Positions 58,955 to 64,000 of a DNA stretch of 64,000 nt are shown here, one piece after another (positions within the stretch are counted from its first letter, which is position 1; every line of letters begins with the position of its first letter). The position numbers were made by a program, and so were the translations under genes. This DNA is from Bdellovibrionia bacterium (lineage in GTDB: Bacteria; Bdellovibrionota; Bdellovibrionia; Bdellovibrionales; JAGQZY01): assembly GCA_030424715.1 (NCBI GenBank), contig JAUHWH010000004.1, positions 32,437-96,436 of the forward strand, written 5' to 3'. Under the pieces are notes generated by a model that saw nothing but the letters and a program-made list of their open reading frames with translations, did not search any database and was not told the DNA's origin.

Positions 58955-59152
58955 TCATTCTTCATGAAAAACTTTCTGAACACTAAAAAAGAGCTGGATA
59001 TCAAAAACTTTTTTGTCTTTGGGATCCGTGCGATCCTCAATCTCAATCCCGTCTGGGATACTATCGCCATCCGTGTCAGCGTTGTTGGGATCTGTTTTGT
59101 ATTTCTTGATCTCATCCCCATCATTGATGCCATCTCCGTCAGAGTCCGCCAC
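58955..59152 (-). pseudogene. Isolated thrombospondin type-3 (calcium-binding Asp-rich) repeat fragment
   Basis: MADSDGDGINDGDEIKKYKTDPNNADTDGDSIPDGIEIEDRTDPKD. It has no signal peptide and no flanking domain, and sits among other remnants. Confidence 0.4.
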
Positions 59153-59165
59153 TTTTGGTATTTTT

Positions 59166-59249
59166 GTGAGCCAAACCTCTCAAAAGCTGTCGCTCCCAAG
59201 GTGCCATTATTTGGAATGCTCAACTTTCATCGTTTTCTTGCAGGTTCGA
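59166..59249 (+). pseudogene. 84-nt fragment of a diverged prolyl-oligopeptidase paralog
   Basis: Ungapped hand alignment to 56622-56705 gives 71/84 identical. It encodes EPNLSKAVAPKVPLFGMLNFHRFLAGS versus EPNLLKAVALKVPLFDMLNFHRFLAGS in the intact gene. Confidence 0.6.
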
Positions 59250-59303
59250 AGGCTAGATCTCTGAACGATTGTCAACGATCCGGCATTGTGCTCTATTTTA
59301 TAC

Positions 59304-60125
59304 ATGAAAAAAATAATTTGTTTAATTAGTTTCTTGAACTGTGCCAGCTGTATCACCACGCCCTCAGCAAGTATCGTCTCTGACGGGAGCCAGGATCTTA
59401 AGGTTTGGTATCAGGTTTATAGGCCCAGTGAGGAAAAAGCCTTAAACAGGACCGTTATTATTTTTCCTCCCACCGGTGGTGTCACATACCTAGAGAGGTC
59501 CTATGCTTCTGCGTTAGTCAAAAAGGGAGCCACGGTAAAGGTCTTGCAAAAGTGGAGCGGAATGGATGAGTCCAGTGTTGAGCTTGAATTGCACCAGAGA
59601 TTACACGAAAAGGCCATGCAAGCCGTTGAACAAGTCATAAGCAGTTGTCCCGAGACTCACAAGATCTCATTGATGGGCACGAGTGTGGGCGGGATTTTCG
59701 CAGCTGTAGCAGCCAGTAAATTTCAGAGAATTGACAGAGTTCTCTCAGTTGCAGGAGGCAGCCCGATACCAGAGTTGATCGTGCACTCGGACTATAAAAC
59801 CATAAAGGAGCTGCGAGAAAAGCGTTTCGAGAAATTCGGTTTTGAGAATAAAGCCGAGTACCTGAGAGAACTCAACAGTCGATTCAAGCTCAACCCCCAT
59901 ACAATGCCACACAGATTTATGGATAAAAAACTAGGTCAGGTTATTCTCTTAAGAGACAAGTCTGTTCCGACCTTATCTCAAAAGAAGCTACAACAGCTTT
60001 GGGAGCCGACTTTTCTGCGTACAATTGATGCCGGCCATTTTTTTGGTATCGTTAAGGCCTGGTGGTTTTTTTCTGACGAAATAGTGAGCTTTCTTGTCAG
60101 TCAAAAGGATGCAAACCAGCATTAG
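59304..60125 (+). CDS. Alpha/beta-hydrolase lipoprotein
   Basis: Lipobox LISFLNCASC. Nucleophile elbow LMGTSVGG. Confidence 0.55.
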   Translation: MKKIICLISFLNCASCITTPSASIVSDGSQDLKVWYQVYRPSEEKALNRTVIIFPPTGGVTYLERSYASALVKKGATVKVLQKWSGMDESSVELELHQRLHEKAMQAVEQVISSCPETHKISLMGTSVGGIFAAVAASKFQRIDRVLSVAGGSPIPELIVHSDYKTIKELREKRFEKFGFENKAEYLRELNSRFKLNPHTMPHRFMDKKLGQVILLRDKSVPTLSQKKLQQLWEPTFLRTIDAGHFFGIVKAWWFFSDEIVSFLVSQKDANQH

Positions 60126-60226
60126 CACCATTCATACTTAGAGGTCTTAAAAACCAGAATGTAGCGAAGAAGGACTACGCACGCAGTGACAGCGGAGCTT
60201 TAAGAAAACCGCATTTTTAAGAACTT

Positions 60227-61021
60227 TCAACGGGTCATCGGGAGACTCAACGGAAGTTTTTTAAGATGCTTCCAGACATAGCTCTTGCCCCGCAGAATAA
60301 CTAATCGTGCAATTTCTGCCGTGGCTAGAGCCGCAGCTTGTGAAGATCCTGTTAATTTTCCGATACGGTTACCCGGCAAAGTTGAACTGATCTCAAATCC
60401 GGGAAAAAAGTAGTTAGTTTTGTTCGAGTTAATATTACTTGTCTCCATAACCTCACCTTGTGGCCCCGTACCGACCACGGAAATAACATTCGGAAAATTG
60501 TAGGCTGCGGGATAAAAAGCAAAGTTCACCTGCGCTGGTTTTTTATTACCGGCCGCCGCGACAACCAAAATATTTTGTTTATAGGCTCTTTGAAGAAGTT
60601 GGCTCTCCATCTCCGAAGGCTTCGGTCCACCGGCTGAAATATTAATAATATCGACGTTCAAACGGATCGCTTTGTCGATGGCTTCGGCCAAAGACAGCGT
60701 CAACTCTTGGTGATTTGAAGAGCTTTGGTAGTAGCGAATGGGAACAATCTCGATACGATCATTGAGCTGTCTTTTTGTAAGGGTGCTAGCAATAATGCCA
60801 GCGATGTGGGTTCCGTGGCCGGTAAGGTCGATTCCATCACTTTTCGAGGGAATCCTCACCATAGCTTGTAGAAGTTCGTGTTCAAAGTCGACTCCTGTAT
60901 CGATAACAGCAATCTTTAAAGGAGGCTGTTGCCGTAAGGTCACCGATGTTCGGCTGTGGCCAAAGAAAGGAAACAACAAAAAAGATATAAAAAAGAAATG
61001 GAGACTGCCTGCTCTTAACAC
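60227..61021 (-). CDS. S8 family (subtilisin-like) serine peptidase, compact
   Basis: Complete triad boxes IAVIDTGVD, GHGTHIAGII and LTGSSQAAALA, plus AAAGN. Confidence 0.85.
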   Translation of the reverse strand: MLRAGSLHFFFISFLLFPFFGHSRTSVTLRQQPPLKIAVIDTGVDFEHELLQAMVRIPSKSDGIDLTGHGTHIAGIIASTLTKRQLNDRIEIVPIRYYQSSSNHQELTLSLAEAIDKAIRLNVDIINISAGGPKPSEMESQLLQRAYKQNILVVAAAGNKKPAQVNFAFYPAAYNFPNVISVVGTGPQGEVMETSNINSNKTNYFFPGFEISSTLPGNRIGKLTGSSQAAALATAEIARLVILRGKSYVWKHLKKLPLSLPMTR

Positions 61022-61120
61022 CCCTCTATTTTAGCGAAGTGTGCAGGAAATCTCCAGGAAATGTGAACCAAAATTCACATTAATAGGCTAAGGCCCTTCG
61101 CGAGGGCCGGGAATCTTCAA

Positions 61121-61582
61121 TTAGTAGCGCTTGTCGTTGGTTCCAGTGTTGGAATCATCGCGCATGTTGCTGTCCATACTATTTGGCTGAGAGTAGTCGT
61201 TGTCGATACTGGCAGGTTGTCGGGTCTGCTCCATGCTGTCGTTTGAATTAGTGGCGGTGTTAATTTGCAGCGCTGCCACGGTTTCTTGATTCAATTCACC
61301 TGTTTTTGTATACAGCCCTTGGTCTTGTTGAAAAGAGGCGAGAGCATTTCGGGACTGAGTCCCTAGGATACCGTCAACATCCACTGAATAGCCTTTTTTG
61401 TTCAGTGTTCTCTGTACATCCATCACGGTGTCTTTCGAGAACTTATCGTGCTGTTTGTATTCAGAATTCATTTTATGGTCATTCATCTTCGAATGAGAGC
61501 CGTGACTTCCTGGTCCAGCGACAACCTGTGCGGTCCATAGCATTGCGATCATTGAAATTGAGTACTTGATAAATGTTTTCAT
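61121..61582 (-). CDS. Secreted peptidoglycan-binding (PG_binding_1) domain protein
   Basis: ATG 61582 after AAAGGAG. Signal peptide. VQRTLNKKGYSVDVDGILGTQSRNALASFQQDQGL. Confidence 0.7.
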   Translation of the reverse strand: MKTFIKYSISMIAMLWTAQVVAGPGSHGSHSKMNDHKMNSEYKQHDKFSKDTVMDVQRTLNKKGYSVDVDGILGTQSRNALASFQQDQGLYTKTGELNQETVAALQINTATNSNDSMEQTRQPASIDNDYSQPNSMDSNMRDDSNTGTNDKRY

Positions 61583-61864
61583 AACATCTCCTTTGTATAG
61601 CAAGAGAATCTCAAGATTTGCAGATTTTGTCTTGTTGCAGGTGTTGATAGCCTGTGAAAAGTTCAACACATCTTTTTAGGGTACCTATTCTTTCTCCCGT
61701 GCGGTGTCTCTTCAGTCGATCAAACCCTCGAAGTCGTTAAGGCGCGGCAAGGAGGTGGTGGGTTTATAAACCTATTTTACTGCCTGTAGAATCCAACCTA
61801 CTGAGGATGACATGGAGAGGGGGCGGTATCAGCTGAGTGACGGGTGATCTGCGCAAGGTGGTTG

Positions 61865-62551
61865 CTACGCTGCCTTTTTCTTCTGTCTCTGCTTATTTCT
61901 CGCGCGGCGAAATCCCTTAGCCACAGCTTCCTTCACAGTCCTTACAAAGTGCTCTCCATTTTCAGGGTGAATCTTCACTTTGTCATAGTAGGGATCAAAG
62001 GGGAGGTGGTAGATCTTTTCACCTTTGGAGTTCACATTGCACTTCACTAAAGCGTAGGTCTTTTTCAGTGGCTCTGTACTGAGTTCAATGCCCAAGACTT
62101 CTGCGACTTCTTTGGCTTTCTTGGTGTATTGGGCCGTTGTGTAAAAACGAGCAAAAACTTCGTGGCCCCTTCTTTTTGAAGTGCGTTTGAAGTGTTCCAT
62201 TGATCCGTAAAGTTGAAAAATGGAGTTTTCATGTATCTGTTTATAGCCAGCCCAGCACTTGGTTTGCACAATGACTGTCTCTTTGGCCTCGTAACTTGTG
62301 ATTATGAGATCTCGCCCCATGTCGCTAAAGCCATTGAGAGCACCGTGATAGTTGACGTGGTAGCCTTCAAGCTCGTACAGGTGACCAATGTATCTTTCGT
62401 AGAAAGTGCCTATTTCCAGTGGTGAAAAGTCCCCCTTTAAATACTGATCGAGACTCTTTTGCGCCTGATAGTTTTCATCGAGAACTCGGCGAATCCAGAA
62501 GATTAGAGTAGCCAAAATCCCGATGGCTAAAACAACAGGGATATATTCCAT
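61865..62551 (-). CDS. Membrane-anchored restriction-endonuclease-like (Mrr_cat) protein with a basic C-terminal module
   Basis: N-terminal TM. YERYIGHLYELEGYHV...SDMGRDLIIT...VIVQTKCW (PD-(D/E)xK-type core). The C-terminal VKCNVNSKGEKIYHLPFDPYYDKVKI module is seen on many DNA-associated proteins. Confidence 0.6.
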   Translation of the reverse strand: MEYIPVVLAIGILATLIFWIRRVLDENYQAQKSLDQYLKGDFSPLEIGTFYERYIGHLYELEGYHVNYHGALNGFSDMGRDLIITSYEAKETVIVQTKCWAGYKQIHENSIFQLYGSMEHFKRTSKRRGHEVFARFYTTAQYTKKAKEVAEVLGIELSTEPLKKTYALVKCNVNSKGEKIYHLPFDPYYDKVKIHPENGEHFVRTVKEAVAKGFRRARNKQRQKKKAA

Positions 62552-62705
62552 ATAGAGATATCGGGTTTGTTTGGCATAAAAATTACGGACCTAGGTCGTT
62601 GATTATGACCTTAAAACTTGCAGACATTAGCCAATCTTTAAGTTTTGGAACGAATTAGAATATTTGGGAAGGATTTAGAGTCTATTCTGGGGCTGTTGTT
62701 AGGAG

Positions 62706-62759
62706 ATATTCAATATTCAAATTTAGAATATTGAATATTGCGTCGCAATCTGATAGCAT
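62706..62759 (+). promoter_or_regulatory. 33-nt near-perfect palindrome overlapping a candidate extended -10 promoter for a leaderless transcript
   Basis: ATATTCAATATTC-AAATTTA-GAATATTGAATAT (62706-62738). TTGAAT (62731-36), 17 nt, then TGaTAGCAT (62751-59). The ATG at 62766 is only 6 nt after the -10 element. Confidence 0.45.
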
Positions 62760-62765
62760 CTGAGT

Positions 62766-63284
62766 ATGAGACAAAAGGATTCCCTTAAGCCACAAGATAT
62801 TGTTTTAATAGCTAAACTTATGCTCCTCCCTGAAGAGGACTGGAGGCAGATTGATGTCGCTAATGCATTACTGTTGCCCCAGGGTGAGGTGGCAAAGGCG
62901 CTTGTACGATTAAAAAAATCAGGTTTACTCACAAACAAGAGAGTTAATGTTTCTGGAGCCCTGGAATTTCTTTCGCATGGCCTAAAGTACGTTTTTCCTG
63001 CTGAACTTGGGGCAGTTGCTGTGGGTATTCCAGCAGCTATGTCGGCACCATTTTTCGACCCCGATTTATTACAAGGTGAAGGTGACCTCTATGTTTGGCC
63101 CAGTTCACTAGGTAAAACGAGGGGGCAAATAATCATCCCTTTCTATCCCAAAATGCCAGAAGCTGTTTTTAAAGACAAAAGTCTTTACGAATTGATGGCC
63201 TCAATTGAGGTTTTAAGAATTGGAAGAGCTCGTGAGAGAAAAATAGCCTTTGAAAAAATAAAGAAAGTAGTACACGTGAAATGA
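62766..63284 (+). CDS. Winged-helix DNA-binding protein (antitoxin-like partner)
   Basis: The N-terminus ...DIVLIAKLMLLPEEDWRQIDVANALLLPQGEVAKALVRLKKSGLL looks MarR/wHTH-like. Its stop overlaps the next ATG (ATGA). Confidence 0.5.
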   Translation: MRQKDSLKPQDIVLIAKLMLLPEEDWRQIDVANALLLPQGEVAKALVRLKKSGLLTNKRVNVSGALEFLSHGLKYVFPAELGAVAVGIPAAMSAPFFDPDLLQGEGDLYVWPSSLGKTRGQIIIPFYPKMPEAVFKDKSLYELMASIEVLRIGRARERKIAFEKIKKVVHVK

Positions 63285-63991
63285 ACAAAACAGAGTTGGT
63301 AGAACATATACGTTTGGTCGCCCATATTCTTGGAGATATAGGAGACAAGGCAGTTTTTGTAGGCGGAGCTACAATTCCATTTTATATCCCGGAAGAATAT
63401 TGGCCAAGAGCAAGGGCAACAAAAGATATTGATATTGTGTTAGAGATTTTGTCGCACCAAGAAAATTGGAAGCTAGAAGAGAAATTAAGAAAAAAAGGCT
63501 TTGTAAATGATACCAGGGAAGGAGCTCCCCTTTGCCGATGGATAGTCCAAGAAATTACTGTTGATATAATGTCAGTTGAAGAAAAAATTTTTGGTTTTAC
63601 AAACAAATGGTATAAAGAGGGGTTTAAAAAAGCTTTTCAGTTAAGGGCACCATTGCCTGAGGTCAAAATACTTCCTCTTCTCTATTTTTTAGCTACGAAA
63701 GTCGAAGCCTTTCTTGGGCGTGGAGAGGGTGACTTTTATGGTAGCCACGATATGGAAGACATCATTTCACTGCTAGAAGTGGTGAGCGCTGAAGATATTT
63801 CCCAAAATATGGAGGCGGCATCTGAAGAGCTTAAAGAGTACTTAGGTTTGCACTTAAAAGCTTTCAAAGAAAATTCAAGTTTTCGAGATGCTGCCCCCGG
63901 AGCCGTATTTAACCGATTACAACCTCGAGAGGGATTAAAAAAAGTTCTTGATAAGGCCGACTCAATCATTGAAGGATGCAAAAGTGAGTGA
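63281..63991 (+). CDS. Pol-beta-superfamily nucleotidyltransferase (AbiEii-like toxin candidate)
   Basis: VFVGGATIPFYIPEEYWPRARATKDIDIVL fits G(G/S)-x(n)-DxD. 4-nt overlap with the upstream wHTH gene. Confidence 0.5.
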   Translation: MNKTELVEHIRLVAHILGDIGDKAVFVGGATIPFYIPEEYWPRARATKDIDIVLEILSHQENWKLEEKLRKKGFVNDTREGAPLCRWIVQEITVDIMSVEEKIFGFTNKWYKEGFKKAFQLRAPLPEVKILPLLYFLATKVEAFLGRGEGDFYGSHDMEDIISLLEVVSAEDISQNMEAASEELKEYLGLHLKAFKENSSFRDAAPGAVFNRLQPREGLKKVLDKADSIIEGCKSE

Positions 63992-64000
63992 GAGAGGAGT

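Noticed and set aside
58849-59329. ORFs 58849..59223 (minus) and 58949..59329 (plus) as real genes.
   Set aside because: Each is a composite running through the TSP3 fragment and the prolyl-oligopeptidase relic. They overlap one another, and only short internal pieces resemble any protein family.

Overview
The window holds about 65 protein-coding genes and no rRNA, tRNA, CRISPR array, transposase or integrase that I could recognise by eye. All calls come from reading the sequence and ORF translations by hand; no database search was run. Spot counts suggest roughly 47-60% GC in 0-50 kb. Two lipoproteins carry an 'FQNCGG' lipobox and many genes encode secreted hydrolases, which is reminiscent of Bdellovibrio-like predatory bacteria (inference only).

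The first ~41 kb is mostly housekeeping or ordinary accessory genes:
- a TolC-like protein plus an unusual fusion of an ABC-exporter membrane domain to a HlyD-type adaptor
- NhaR-like LysR regulator with an SbtA-like permease
- FMN reductase, pirin, RecQ, short-chain dehydrogenases, a DEAD-box helicase and PEP carboxylase
- an organophosphate-antiporter-type MFS transporter
- many secreted proteins and lipoproteins

Two tightly packed plus-strand operons stand out as candidate undescribed systems.
1. 41.7-49.4 kb: six exported proteins. They include a Hedgehog-like (N-terminal domain, Gly-Cys junction, Hint domain) autoprocessing protein, an S8-like lipoprotein and a 952-aa MACPF-LRR-Kelch protein.
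2. 50.7-57.0 kb: a small secreted acidic protein, then a stand-alone LanM-N-terminal-like (DUF4135) kinase/dehydratase domain with no cyclase. These are followed by a family-5 peptide-binding protein, an orphan histidine kinase and a prolyl-oligopeptidase lipoprotein, all translationally coupled.

From ~50.3 kb to the right edge the DNA looks AT-richer and carries gene remnants:
- a prolyl-oligopeptidase fragment
- a thrombospondin-type-3 repeat fragment
- a reprolysin-like HExxH fragment containing a C11 tract
- an Mrr-like nuclease
- a winged-helix/nucleotidyltransferase toxin-antitoxin-like pair

Other points of interest are a possible Fam20-like secreted kinase, an (ATTG)8 microsatellite and two unannotated micro-ORFs.
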